A DNA stretch of 25,769 nt from a virus (IMGVR_UViG_3300024187_000023:1-25769), one strand, 5' to 3'; positions 15,690-25,355 are shown, numbered from the stretch's first letter. Notes: generated by a model from the sequence alone, not told the origin. Made by a program: numbers and translations.

Positions 15690-16682
15690 ATGCCGGCCAC
15701 GACCGCACAAGGCATCATCGACGGCGCATTTCAGACCGTGGGCGTCGTGGCGCAAGGGGACTCCCCGAGCACCGCGCAGTCCACGGATGCCTTGCGCCGC
15801 CTGAATCTGATGCTGGGCGGCTTGAAGCTGCAGCCGCTCACGCAGGGCGTCGTCTCGCGCGAAGTGTTCCCCCTCACGGCCAATGTCGGCGTCTACACGA
15901 TGGGGCCGGGAGGGGACTTCGACACGACACGGCCGATTGCGCTCGAAGACGCTGCGATTCTCCTGAACAGCCAGGGGACTCCGGCATCGGCCACGCTCGC
16001 CCGCAGCGGCTATGTCGTGACGGCGACCGTCGCGAGCCACGGAGGGAGCACCGGCCAGAACGTGACGATTCACGGGGCGACGCAGGCCGACTATAACGGC
16101 ACGTTCCCGATCACGGTCACGGGCGTGAACACGTTCACCTACATCATCGACGCCAGCACGGCCACGACGCCCGCGACGGGCACGATTACGGCCTCGCTGG
16201 AGTCCAACGGTAACAGTATCGTCGAAGTGCCGCGCGCGGTGCTGACGGATGACGCGTGGGCGGGGATTCGCATCAAGTCGCTGACGAGCGCGCAGTTTAC
16301 CGTCGTGTATCTCAACGCGACCTACGCGGCCGATCTCGCGACGATCAACCTGTGGCCGATTCCGAACGTGGCGACGAATTCGCTCGTCCTCTACCGGAAT
16401 CAGCCGCTGACCTACTTCGCGTCGTTGTCGGCGGCCTACTCGTTGCCGGACGGGTGCGAGGATACGCTCGAATACAACCTCGCGCGGAGGCTCCTGACGC
16501 CCTACGGCATTGTGGACCAGGGTATCGTGTCGGACGTGATCGACATGGCGCGGACGACGCTGGCGACGTTCAAGCGCGCGAATACCAAACTCGTGGACAT
16601 GCCGACCGATCCGGCGCTCACGCAGGACCCGGCCGGCGGCTACAACATTCTCACCGGGACAGGCGGAGGGGGCGGATTCTAA
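15690..16682 (+). CDS. Head-tail adaptor (P22 gp4-like) with inserted beta domain
   Basis: TAQGIIDGAF..GV...G...DALRRLNLML N-terminus; LWPIP, LPDG..DTLEYNLA C-terminus. Confidence 0.8.
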   Translation: MPATTAQGIIDGAFQTVGVVAQGDSPSTAQSTDALRRLNLMLGGLKLQPLTQGVVSREVFPLTANVGVYTMGPGGDFDTTRPIALEDAAILLNSQGTPASATLARSGYVVTATVASHGGSTGQNVTIHGATQADYNGTFPITVTGVNTFTYIIDASTATTPATGTITASLESNGNSIVEVPRAVLTDDAWAGIRIKSLTSAQFTVVYLNATYAADLATINLWPIPNVATNSLVLYRNQPLTYFASLSAAYSLPDGCEDTLEYNLARRLLTPYGIVDQGIVSDVIDMARTTLATFKRANTKLVDMPTDPALTQDPAGGYNILTGTGGGGGF

Positions 16683-17050
16683 TGCTCACGACAGGACCAG
16701 TGCAAACGTTGCTGCTCGGCACCGACAACGGCGACGGCACCTTTACCGGCGTGACGACGGGCGCCTCTGTGCCGTTTCCGACGCGTGGCTTCGACGAGGA
16801 GGCGATCACGTTCGAGAGCGTCAACACCACGAGCGGCGGCACGCTGCTGATCGAAGAGGCGACACGGAAGGACTACAGCGGGACGTGGAGTCAGGTCGCG
16901 TCCGTGTCGGCATCGGCGTTCACGGGAGGCGCACAGCAGACGTATCACATCAGCCCGAGCGCCTTTGCGGGCTGGATGCGCGTGCGTATCAGCTCGGACA
17001 TCACGGGCGGCGGCAAGGTGCTCGTGTGGAACAACAGGCAGGGGTCGTAA
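16682..17050 (+). CDS. Small beta-sandwich virion protein
   Basis: TAATG coupling at 16682; Thr/Gly/Ser-rich; WMRVRISSDITGG. Confidence 0.7.
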   Translation: MLTTGPVQTLLLGTDNGDGTFTGVTTGASVPFPTRGFDEEAITFESVNTTSGGTLLIEEATRKDYSGTWSQVASVSASAFTGGAQQTYHISPSAFAGWMRVRISSDITGGGKVLVWNNRQGS

Positions 17051-17241
17051 TGTCGGCGCAGTCACGATTGATGCTCGCCCATCAGCGCAGTGTGGCGCTC
17101 TACCTGCAACGGCAGCAGATCGAAGCGAAGCGGCAACAACTTACCCAGCAGGCACAGGCGATCGAGGTCGAACTCGTGCAACTCGACGGAGAGATTCGCG
17201 TCCTCGAAGCGCTGATCGCTGAGGCGACCGATGGCCAATAG
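17050..17241 (+). CDS. Short coiled-coil protein, possible fibre chaperone
   Basis: TAATG coupling at 17050; heptad Gln/Leu pattern. Confidence 0.65.
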   Translation: MSAQSRLMLAHQRSVALYLQRQQIEAKRQQLTQQAQAIEVELVQLDGEIRVLEALIAEATDGQ

Positions 17242-18229
17242 CGTCTTTCTTAACCCCTACAACACGAACGCCAGCATTGCGTTTGCCGGGAACGTGTCCA
17301 TTGCGGGCACGTTGACGATGACGGGCAACGTCGTCATGGCGGACGGGTCGTTTATTGGACCGACGTCCACCACGGGCGTGGGGTTCAACAGCGGGCGCGT
17401 GGGTATCGGGACCACGAGCCCGCAAAAAGGCATCCTGGATATCAACGACGGCGCCTCCGCGAATCCTGCGGCGGCGCTGATGCCAGGCGCGATTGTCGCG
17501 ATGCTTCGCGGAGCCAATAGCGGAACACTACTCGGGGTGGCTGCGAGCAATACCAATGGACATTTTCCAGGCTTGTATTTGCGGTCGGTGCGATCGCGAG
17601 GCACCATTGACGTTCCTCTCGTGGTTGCCGCAGACGATTTGATTTCGCTCTACGAATCCGAGGGCTATAACGGCACGTCTCGGCAATCGATCGGCAATAT
17701 CGGGATGTTCTGCGAGGACGTGTCTGGGTCTACGTTGAGCGGTTACATCAATTTCCTGACGGCATCCTTGACGTCTGGCGGAGCGCCATTGGAGCGCGTT
17801 CGCATTTCCAGCGATCAGCTTTCGACGTTCGGAAACGTGGCTGTGCAGTTGTATGGCTACAAGGTGAGTAGCCGCGTCGCGTATGGACGAATCCAGACGG
17901 CAGTATCAGCGCTAACGCTATCAGGAGCGACCACGACGGCTACGAATCTTGTCCCTGCCGGAGCGACCCTTATTGGCGTAGCTACGACCACCACGACCAC
18001 GATTACCGGCGCGACTGGATATACCGTCGGAGACGGATCAGATGCGGATCGATTCGGAGACATTACCGGCACGGCGGTGGCCACGCACAGCGACAACACG
18101 AACGCGACGGCAGATCCAACCGGATGGGCCTCGGCGGCGCGGAGCATCGTGCTGACGGCGAAAACGTCAAACTTCACTGGTGGTGTGGTGCAAGTCGTTG
18201 CGGCTTATACGACCACCGGAAGCGGTTAG
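17231..18229 (+). CDS. Tail fibre/spike-like protein
   Basis: GRVGIGTTSP...LDI, RSRGT, ERVRIS fibre motifs; C-terminal jelly-roll-like VGDGSDADRF domain; lower-GC interior. Confidence 0.75.
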   Translation: MANSVFLNPYNTNASIAFAGNVSIAGTLTMTGNVVMADGSFIGPTSTTGVGFNSGRVGIGTTSPQKGILDINDGASANPAAALMPGAIVAMLRGANSGTLLGVAASNTNGHFPGLYLRSVRSRGTIDVPLVVAADDLISLYESEGYNGTSRQSIGNIGMFCEDVSGSTLSGYINFLTASLTSGGAPLERVRISSDQLSTFGNVAVQLYGYKVSSRVAYGRIQTAVSALTLSGATTTATNLVPAGATLIGVATTTTTTITGATGYTVGDGSDADRFGDITGTAVATHSDNTNATADPTGWASAARSIVLTAKTSNFTGGVVQVVAAYTTTGSG

Positions 18230-18234
18230 CGCCC

Positions 18235-19704
18235 ATGCCGCGCTATCCCGGCTTCATCGGCCCCAGCTACGTCAGCCAGTCGATCGTGGCGGCGGATGAC
18301 CAGTGCGTGAACTGGATTCCGGCAAAGATCGAATCCGGCACGGGCGCGGCGCCGTGGGTCTATGACCCGGCACCGGGATTCTCGTTGAAGATTAACCCGT
18401 CGGACATCGGCGGCACGCGGGCCAGCTACACCATCAACGATACGTGCTACATGGTGCAGGGCGACCGCCTGCGGAGTGTCGTGATCGGCAGCTCATCGTC
18501 GGTGACGGACCTCGTGGTGATTGGCGGCTCGGGAGGAACGGCTGCGTCGATCTCTGGGAATGGAGAGGGCGGTAATCAGATCATGGCGGCCAATGGGGCC
18601 GGGTCTGGCGATCTGTTCTGGTATAACACGGTCACGCTCGCGAGCGGTGCGATCACCAGCGTCAACGCGCACGTCCTCGCGTTCATGAACGGCTATTTCA
18701 TCGGCCTGAACACGTCCACCGCGACGATCTACGTCTCGGCGCTCGAAGATGGCACGTCGTGGGACCCGCTGGACCTTGCGCAGCGCAACGACTCGGCCGA
18801 CAAATGGCGCACGATGATCGTGCGGTCCACGGAACTCTGGTTGTTCGGCTTTACCACGACGAGCATCTACTACAACGATCCGACCGCCGAGTTTCCGTTT
18901 GTGCCGAATCCGAACATCCAACTACAGCGCGGGATTCGGGCGCCGCTGTCGCTCTGCCTGCTGCAGGGCTCGCCGATCTGGTTAGCCGATGACGGCACGG
19001 TGCGGTATGCGCAGGGCTACACGCCCGTGCGCGTCTCGAATCACGCGCTCGAATACGCGATCTCGCAGATGGAATTTACCGGCGATGCGGACGCCTTCAC
19101 GTATCAGGAGCAGGGCCATTCATTCTACGTGCTGAATTTTCCGGACTCCCCTGGGGCCACGTGGCGATATGACCTTACGACGGATCTATGGACGCAAGGC
19201 GGGGTCTATAATGCAGGCACGGGCAACTTCGACGTCTCGCCCGCGATCTTCGGCCTGAACATCACGCAGCACCAGAGCAGCAACGAGCCGAACATCATCG
19301 TCGGAAGCCGCACCGACAGCAAAATCTACCTCCAGTCGCAGACCTACGCGACCGAGTTCGACGGCACGACCGGCATCACGCGCCGGCGCCGCGCGCCCAA
19401 CCTCGTGGCTGAATTGAAGCGCGTCATCTACGACCGCTTCGAGTTGTTCATGGAAGTCGGCACCGCGAACGCTGCGCCTCCGGGGAATACGCCCACGGTG
19501 CTACTGCAGTGGTCCGACGACGGTGGGCACACGTTCAACAGCGGCATCTCTGTCTCCGCTGGTCTGCACAACGCGTGGAATACCCGCGTGTTCTGGCAGA
19601 AGCTCGGCATGGCGCGCAACCGCGTGTTTCAGGTGACAGTCTCCGATCCGATCCAATGGCGCCTCGTTGACGCGTTTCTTCAGACGCGGCCGGGAGCATC
19701 CTAG
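18235..19704 (+). CDS. Packaged-DNA stabilization/tail hub protein (P22 gp10-like)
   Basis: MPRYPGFIGPSY, ELWLFG, RVSNHALE, YQEQGHSFYVLNFP, LQWSDDGGHTF, LGMARNRVFQV. Confidence 0.92.
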   Translation: MPRYPGFIGPSYVSQSIVAADDQCVNWIPAKIESGTGAAPWVYDPAPGFSLKINPSDIGGTRASYTINDTCYMVQGDRLRSVVIGSSSSVTDLVVIGGSGGTAASISGNGEGGNQIMAANGAGSGDLFWYNTVTLASGAITSVNAHVLAFMNGYFIGLNTSTATIYVSALEDGTSWDPLDLAQRNDSADKWRTMIVRSTELWLFGFTTTSIYYNDPTAEFPFVPNPNIQLQRGIRAPLSLCLLQGSPIWLADDGTVRYAQGYTPVRVSNHALEYAISQMEFTGDADAFTYQEQGHSFYVLNFPDSPGATWRYDLTTDLWTQGGVYNAGTGNFDVSPAIFGLNITQHQSSNEPNIIVGSRTDSKIYLQSQTYATEFDGTTGITRRRRAPNLVAELKRVIYDRFELFMEVGTANAAPPGNTPTVLLQWSDDGGHTFNSGISVSAGLHNAWNTRVFWQKLGMARNRVFQVTVSDPIQWRLVDAFLQTRPGAS

Positions 19705-21420
19705 ATGGCGACCAAGGTCTATACGGACGCCGAGATTGATTTCGTCTCCGCGACGGGTGCGGCTGGGAATTGGGCGACGGTCGCCGCTGGCTGGACCGGG
19801 ATGAACGGCGATAGCGGTGTCGTGACGGGCGGCACGGGCGATCTACTCATCGTATTGGGTGAACCGCACGACGACGGAAGCCTGCCTACCGATATACGCT
19901 TCAGCAACGTGCGCACCGAGTTCGACTACGAGGTGGTCAATGTCGGCGGCTTGTCTCCGGAGACGTTTTTTAGCGCCACATTCGGCAGTCTCGTCAGCGG
20001 CACGGCTAATCAGGGGCCGGGCACGACGACAGGGCATCTCGTGTTCGATGCCAACGCTACCTACTTTGGCGGCCTCTACGGAGGCAGCCGATCGGATTTT
20101 TTCACTGGCGGGGGGCTATTTTTAGGATTCGGCAGGGAACCCGGCGGCACGGCAACCTCCACGCGACTCATCATCACGAACTACACCGTCACGCTCACCT
20201 ACGTCAGCCTGTCAACAGGATGGATCGTGAAAGTGAACGGTCTGACGAATCCGACCGGAGACACGGACGGATCGGCGCTACCGGATCAAGCGTTTCTCCC
20301 CAATGCGTCGATGTCTGGAACGATTGACCTCCCGATCTACGACACGGCGGGCGCGTTCATCTACGTTGATGGCGCTGCGCCGGTCGATGTGTCGGGACTC
20401 CCGGCCGGATTTACGCCCGATGACGCCTACAGCGTCTGGAATCTCATCGGCAACCAGGAAATCGGCGACACGACGGAATATGCTCTTTCAGGCGTATTCG
20501 ATTTCACGCACACCGATACGGGCACACCGGCCGAAGGCACGCAGTTCATCACCGAACTGACCGGCATGACGCTCGTGAAGTTGTCGGGCATGGTGGGACA
20601 GACGATTCTCGGCTCGATGGTGTCCTCGGCCGCTGGTGGTGGCCCCGCGCGCTGTTCTATTTCGGCGCAAACCGGATTCCCGACACCGCCAGACCAGACG
20701 TTCTACCTTCAAGGTTTCTACACGCTCGTCTCGCCGACGTTCACGAGCCTCAGTCCCGCGTCCGGCCTCATCCTCGGCGGCACGCTCGTCACGCTGTTCG
20801 GGACGTTTCTCGACGCTGGCATGACGGTGGAGTTCGACGGCGTCGCCGCGACGGTGCAAGACGTGTTCAACGACGGCACGGTGATGACGGTGCTGACGCC
20901 GGCCCATGCGGTCGGCGTCGTGGACGTCGAAATCCTGACCGTGGACACGCTGACGAACGCCTACACCTACGTGTCGGTGCTCAGCGTCACGCCGAGTTCC
21001 GGCACGATTCTCGGCGGCACGCCGGTCGTCATCAAGGGCGCCGGATTCACGGGTGCGACGGGCGTGGAGTTTGACGGCGTGGCCGCGACCGATGTTGTCG
21101 TGGTGAACGACCAGCGCATCACGGCTGTGACGCCCGCGCACGCGGCTGGTGCGGTGGACGTCGAAGTGCTCGTCGGCATCGGCACGCTCACGGGCGGCTA
21201 CACCTACGCGGCTCCTGGGAGAATCAAACTCCCGCCGGTCCCGGTGCTGTCGCCCGTCGCGCAGCCCGATGGCGGCACGTTCGGCGGAGGCGCGGCGGGG
21301 AAACCGGCGGGCGGGCGCAACGGAGGGGGATTCGGCGGTGCGAAACAAGCGCCGATGCAGACAGAGCATCTGCGGTGGCTCATGGCGGTGAAGCAAGCGA
21401 TCGAGGAACAGTCGAACTAG
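19705..21420 (+). CDS. Virion protein with two IPT/TIG Ig-like domains and a C-terminal tail-needle-anchor-like segment
   Basis: Two P.SG...GGT.V...G......V.FDG......TPAHA.G.VDV repeats (about 20734-21210); occupies the gp26 position after gp10. Confidence 0.75.
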   Translation: MATKVYTDAEIDFVSATGAAGNWATVAAGWTGMNGDSGVVTGGTGDLLIVLGEPHDDGSLPTDIRFSNVRTEFDYEVVNVGGLSPETFFSATFGSLVSGTANQGPGTTTGHLVFDANATYFGGLYGGSRSDFFTGGGLFLGFGREPGGTATSTRLIITNYTVTLTYVSLSTGWIVKVNGLTNPTGDTDGSALPDQAFLPNASMSGTIDLPIYDTAGAFIYVDGAAPVDVSGLPAGFTPDDAYSVWNLIGNQEIGDTTEYALSGVFDFTHTDTGTPAEGTQFITELTGMTLVKLSGMVGQTILGSMVSSAAGGGPARCSISAQTGFPTPPDQTFYLQGFYTLVSPTFTSLSPASGLILGGTLVTLFGTFLDAGMTVEFDGVAATVQDVFNDGTVMTVLTPAHAVGVVDVEILTVDTLTNAYTYVSVLSVTPSSGTILGGTPVVIKGAGFTGATGVEFDGVAATDVVVVNDQRITAVTPAHAAGAVDVEVLVGIGTLTGGYTYAAPGRIKLPPVPVLSPVAQPDGGTFGGGAAGKPAGGRNGGGFGGAKQAPMQTEHLRWLMAVKQAIEEQSN

Positions 21421-21427
21421 AAAGCGG

Positions 21428-21433
21428 TAGAAT
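21428..21433 (+). promoter_or_regulatory. Putative -10 element for a leaderless transcript
   Basis: TAGAAT 5 nt before ATG 21439; no Shine-Dalgarno in the 18-nt gap. Confidence 0.45.
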
Positions 21434-21438
21434 CACAC

Positions 21439-22143
21439 ATGGCTGCACCACTCTATCCGACGTCTGGCGTGCTCGCCGGGATGCCGCCGCGACCGGCGAC
21501 CCTGAATATCCCGACGTCGCCGCCGCTAGCCGCGCCGACCGCGCCCACGTTCACGCGCCGCGCACCGACGCCGACGCCCTACGGGGATTTCGTCGCGCCG
21601 AATCCGGCGGACATCGCGAACGATCCGAGTTACCAGTTTCGCTCGGCGGAAGGCGAGAAAGCCATCCAGCGGTCGGCGGCGGCTCACGGCACGCTGCTGT
21701 CGGGCGGCACGCTGAAGTCGCTGGAGCGCTACCGGCAGGGCGTAGCATCAGAGGAAGCGGGCAAAGCCTTCGATCGCGCGCTGGCGTCCTACACGACGAA
21801 CCGCGGCACGAACGCACAGAACTTCGACCAGCAGATGGGCGCGTTCGGCGGCGACCTGAACGCGTTCGGCGCGAACACGAACGCGGGCCTCGGCTACGGC
21901 CGTCTCGGTCTCGACACGGCGCAATACAACGACACCAACGCGTGGCGCACGGCGGAAGCGCAGCAGGCGAATCAGCAGGGCGTGAACGACTACACGGCGG
22001 CGGAACAGGACCGCGCGTCGAGTGACTACGCGCGACAGGTGGACGAGGCGCGGCGGTTGGAGGATGAGCAGCGGGCCGCCGCGGCGGCGATTCGTCCGGC
22101 GGCCCCGATCCGGTCGCCCTTGGCGCGGCGCGAACTGCGGTAA
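21439..22143 (+). CDS. DNA ejection/transfer protein 1
   Basis: DPSYQFR..EG..AIQRSAAAHG.LLSGGTLK.L..Y.QG.AS.E motif typical of podovirus ejection proteins. Confidence 0.8.
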   Translation: MAAPLYPTSGVLAGMPPRPATLNIPTSPPLAAPTAPTFTRRAPTPTPYGDFVAPNPADIANDPSYQFRSAEGEKAIQRSAAAHGTLLSGGTLKSLERYRQGVASEEAGKAFDRALASYTTNRGTNAQNFDQQMGAFGGDLNAFGANTNAGLGYGRLGLDTAQYNDTNAWRTAEAQQANQQGVNDYTAAEQDRASSDYARQVDEARRLEDEQRAAAAAIRPAAPIRSPLARRELR

Positions 22144-22146
22144 GTC

Positions 22147-23433
22147 ATGCTGAGCCGCGACGAGATCAACCAGCGCGCGATTCGCCTGAATCCAGGCCGA
22201 GCCGTGGACCGCTATACGGGCACGCTGAACGACCCGTTCCAAGAGGCGCAGTCGCGCTACATGGGGCCAGGCTGGGCGAATTGGTTCGGCGAGTTGCAAA
22301 AGCAGCAAGAGGACGCGCAGAACGAGGGCAAGAGCTTCCGCGTCGGCTGGGGCGGATTCGGCAACGCGATTCAAGAGGGAGATATGCCTGCACGCTCACG
22401 TTACGGCTCGCTCGCGGTGCCCACCGCCTCCGCTGACGATCTACCGGAAGGATTCGCGGGGAATCTCGCGCTCTCGGCGCTGGCGGATCGTAACAGCGCC
22501 AGAATCATGCAAGAGAAGACGTTCCGACAAGCGCAAGACCAAGAGGCAATCGACGCGGCGAAGCGGTCGTATCAGGAGCAGGTGCTCGCCTCTCAGCTCG
22601 CGCCACCTCCTGGCCCGCATGTCATCAGCTACGATGCCGCCACGCCGAGGGACGCCACGCACTTTTCCGTGAGTTCTGACACGTCTCAGGCCGAGGGCGA
22701 TCCGCGCGCGATGCTCGAGCAGCAGATTCAGCGACTGCCGGCGAATCATCCGGCGCGCATGGCGATTGAGAAGCAATTTGCCGATCAGGATGCAAAGAAA
22801 GCCGCCGCGCAACAGTTGGTAGACCAACTCGCCGAGACGCACCGCCACAACGTCGAGACGGAAAACACAGCAAAAGAGGCTATTAAGGCAAAGGGCGCTG
22901 ATAGCAAACCGGCGACAGGTGCCGAGCGTCAGGCGCTGTCGTTCTATAACCGTGCGGCGGAAGCAGCAAAGACCGTGACGCCGCTTGAAGAGGGCATCGG
23001 GCAAATGGGTCTCGCAGGACAGGCGCGGCTGGAATACGCCCCGAACTTTTTGCAGTCGCCGGAAGGCCAGTCGTATCGGCAGGCGCAGCGGGCCTTCACG
23101 GAAGCGCGGCTCAGGAAAGAATCCGGTGCGGCGATTCCTCCGGCGGAATACGAAAACGATTCGAAAACGTATTTCGCGCAACCTGGCGATAGCGCGGCGA
23201 TCCTTGAACAGAAGCGCAAGGCGCGACAGACCGTGCTGGATGGCTTGGCGTTTTCGTCCGGCAAAGCCTACGACGAGTTCTACGGAGAGCCGCGCACGAA
23301 ACCTGGTGGCGGCCAGGCCGCGTCCGCGACGGCAGAACCAAAGGTTGGCGACGTCGTGAACGTCGGCGGCAAACGCATCAAGATTTCTGCGCTGCATCCT
23401 GACGGTTCATTTGATGGCGATCCGGTGAAGTAA
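22147..23433 (+). CDS. DNA ejection/transfer protein 2
   Basis: Ala/Gln-rich helical; ETHRHN and LRKESGAAI...EY motifs; synteny. Confidence 0.7.
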   Translation: MLSRDEINQRAIRLNPGRAVDRYTGTLNDPFQEAQSRYMGPGWANWFGELQKQQEDAQNEGKSFRVGWGGFGNAIQEGDMPARSRYGSLAVPTASADDLPEGFAGNLALSALADRNSARIMQEKTFRQAQDQEAIDAAKRSYQEQVLASQLAPPPGPHVISYDAATPRDATHFSVSSDTSQAEGDPRAMLEQQIQRLPANHPARMAIEKQFADQDAKKAAAQQLVDQLAETHRHNVETENTAKEAIKAKGADSKPATGAERQALSFYNRAAEAAKTVTPLEEGIGQMGLAGQARLEYAPNFLQSPEGQSYRQAQRAFTEARLRKESGAAIPPAEYENDSKTYFAQPGDSAAILEQKRKARQTVLDGLAFSSGKAYDEFYGEPRTKPGGGQAASATAEPKVGDVVNVGGKRIKISALHPDGSFDGDPVK

Positions 23434-25355
23434 TGCCGAAGGGGACCTATCGGCTGTCGGACGTGACTGCGGACGCGCCCAAAGGGGCATTTCGACTGTC
23501 TGACATCGACGCAGAAGCTCCGCGCACACCCTACACGGGCGACCCGAACCGCCGCGCCGTCCGGGCGTCTGATTTCAACGTCAAGCGCGCCGATGGCGAG
23601 AGCTTTGGCGAAAAGATCGCAGACGCGGCGAAGTTTCTCGGCGGTGAAGTCGTGGGCTTCGGCAAAGGCGCACTGCGCAGCGCGCTCGGCGTCGGCCAGA
23701 TGGCAATCGATGCCGGGATGGTGCCAGGACAGACGCCGAGCGGATTCGATCCGAACTATCGGAATCCCACGCTCACAGCCGCGACTAATGCCGCCGCATC
23801 TCAGAATCTCGCCGAGGATGTTGGCGGTGGACTTGAAACCGCGACGGAGCTGACACTGCCTGTTCTGGAGGGAGGAAAGGCCGTTGGTGCGCTCGCGCGG
23901 GCAGGTATCGATAAAGCCGCGCCTATCGCGCGTCAGGTGTCGTCCGTGGTCGATACCGCGTCGAAAATACCCGTCGTCGGCAGGCCGCTCAAGGGTCCAG
24001 TTAATTGGATGGCTAAGGCGCTCAGCTATGCGTTGGATTCGTCTGCGACGAAGAAGGCTGCGACAGAAGCGACGAAAGCCGCCGCAGAAGCCGCTGCGAA
24101 GGCATCAGTGGACGCTGAGCGTAGCGCCCCTATCGCCACTACGACATGGGGAGCGTCCGCACCTGCGGCCGCACCTGCGGTCCCTGCGGCCGCACCTGCG
24201 CCAATGACAGGCTCGCTGTCTTCCCCGTTGCCTCCGGGCTACTCGATGCCGGTGATGCTGCCCAAGGCCGCTCCTGCGGCGCCTGTTGGCCGCGTGGTGC
24301 CCGCGCAGGAGCCGACGCTGAACCAGGTGCTCCAGCAGGCGCTCGCCGAGTCCAGCGCGCCGACACCGCCCGCCCGCGTCACGACGGCACCCGCGCCGGA
24401 GCTGCCACCCGGCTACACGCCGCGCACGTCCGCGCCGAAGCCGAAGCCCGCGAAGGCGTCACTGCCGGAGCCGGTGCGCGCGGCGATGGAGAGGGCGGCA
24501 CCAGCGAACGCCAAACCATACACTCGCGATGTTACCCATGTGACAACGCTAGAAGGTAAAGCCGGGATAGTGAAGTCTGGATTTGACGTGAACCGGTCCG
24601 GAGGCATCGGAGGAGATACCTACGGACCTGGTATTTATGTGTCCGATTCATCAAGTGATGTTGGTAGTTTTTGGCGCAACCAACTGGAAACCAAAAACGA
24701 AAGCGGCGTCGTGGATGCTGCGACTCTAAAAGGCAAGGCGACACTAGATAAAGCGCTCGTCATAGACGACATGAGGCATATTGGGAACGGGAGATATATC
24801 CCCAAAACTCCGGCTGAAATAGTCAAGCAATACATGCCTAGTAGGGTGGGCGAGTTCGAAAAGTCCGTTGGCGGCGGAACCTCCCCCAATCGAGCGCTAG
24901 GAGACCTTGCTCGCAAAAGCGGCTATGACGGGATGGTATTCGAGCGAACATCCGGAGATGAGGTGGTCGCATTCCACCCTAAAGGCGTATCGTGGGAAGA
25001 TGCAGCACCTAAAAAGGTCGCACCGACGTCCGCGCCGAAAGCCGAGCGGCCGTATTTCCTGAAGTCGGAAGAGCAGATGGCGATCGAAAAGGCCGCGAAA
25101 ACCGCGCCGAAGATCGCGCCGAAGGACCTCTCGATCGACGACCTACCGGACGCGTGGAAGTCGAAAACCGGGCAGGACATCTTCCCAATGACGGCGGCAC
25201 AGACACGGGAGATCGTGGACGCCTTTAAACAGGAAATCAAAACTCGCGGGATGTCTCCCGGAGAGGCGCTCGCGCGCGTGTCTGGTAACACCGACCTTCC
25301 AACAGCGATTCGCTCGCAGCTCATGCGGGCACTCACCAAGGCAGGCAAGCAATGA
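23433..25355 (+). CDS. DNA ejection protein 3 with inserted ADP-ribosyltransferase domain
   Basis: Ala/Gly-rich N-terminus, Pro-rich linker, then HVT...GF...YGPGIYVS...GYDGM...EVVAF. Confidence 0.75.
   Translation: MPKGTYRLSDVTADAPKGAFRLSDIDAEAPRTPYTGDPNRRAVRASDFNVKRADGESFGEKIADAAKFLGGEVVGFGKGALRSALGVGQMAIDAGMVPGQTPSGFDPNYRNPTLTAATNAAASQNLAEDVGGGLETATELTLPVLEGGKAVGALARAGIDKAAPIARQVSSVVDTASKIPVVGRPLKGPVNWMAKALSYALDSSATKKAATEATKAAAEAAAKASVDAERSAPIATTTWGASAPAAAPAVPAAAPAPMTGSLSSPLPPGYSMPVMLPKAAPAAPVGRVVPAQEPTLNQVLQQALAESSAPTPPARVTTAPAPELPPGYTPRTSAPKPKPAKASLPEPVRAAMERAAPANAKPYTRDVTHVTTLEGKAGIVKSGFDVNRSGGIGGDTYGPGIYVSDSSSDVGSFWRNQLETKNESGVVDAATLKGKATLDKALVIDDMRHIGNGRYIPKTPAEIVKQYMPSRVGEFEKSVGGGTSPNRALGDLARKSGYDGMVFERTSGDEVVAFHPKGVSWEDAAPKKVAPTSAPKAERPYFLKSEEQMAIEKAAKTAPKIAPKDLSIDDLPDAWKSKTGQDIFPMTAAQTREIVDAFKQEIKTRGMSPGEALARVSGNTDLPTAIRSQLMRALTKAGKQ
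24426..25039 (+). repeat. 14-bp direct repeats flanking the ART cassette
   Basis: ACGTCCGCGCCGAA at 24426-24439 and 25026-25039, exactly 600 bp apart. Confidence 0.8.

Noticed and set aside
19702-19707. In-frame TAG-ATG junction suggesting read-through fusion (similar in-frame junctions at 7182/7186 and 22143/22147)
   Set aside because: A GGGAG RBS precedes 19705, all three stop codons end genes normally, and in-frame adjacency is expected by chance
20734-21210. Duplicated segment considered as a DGR template/variable repeat pair
   Set aside because: Differences are mostly synonymous rather than adenine-specific, both copies encode IPT domains, and no reverse transcriptase is present
24157-24201. 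CCGCACCTGCGG tandem repeats
   Set aside because: They encode an ordinary Ala/Pro linker
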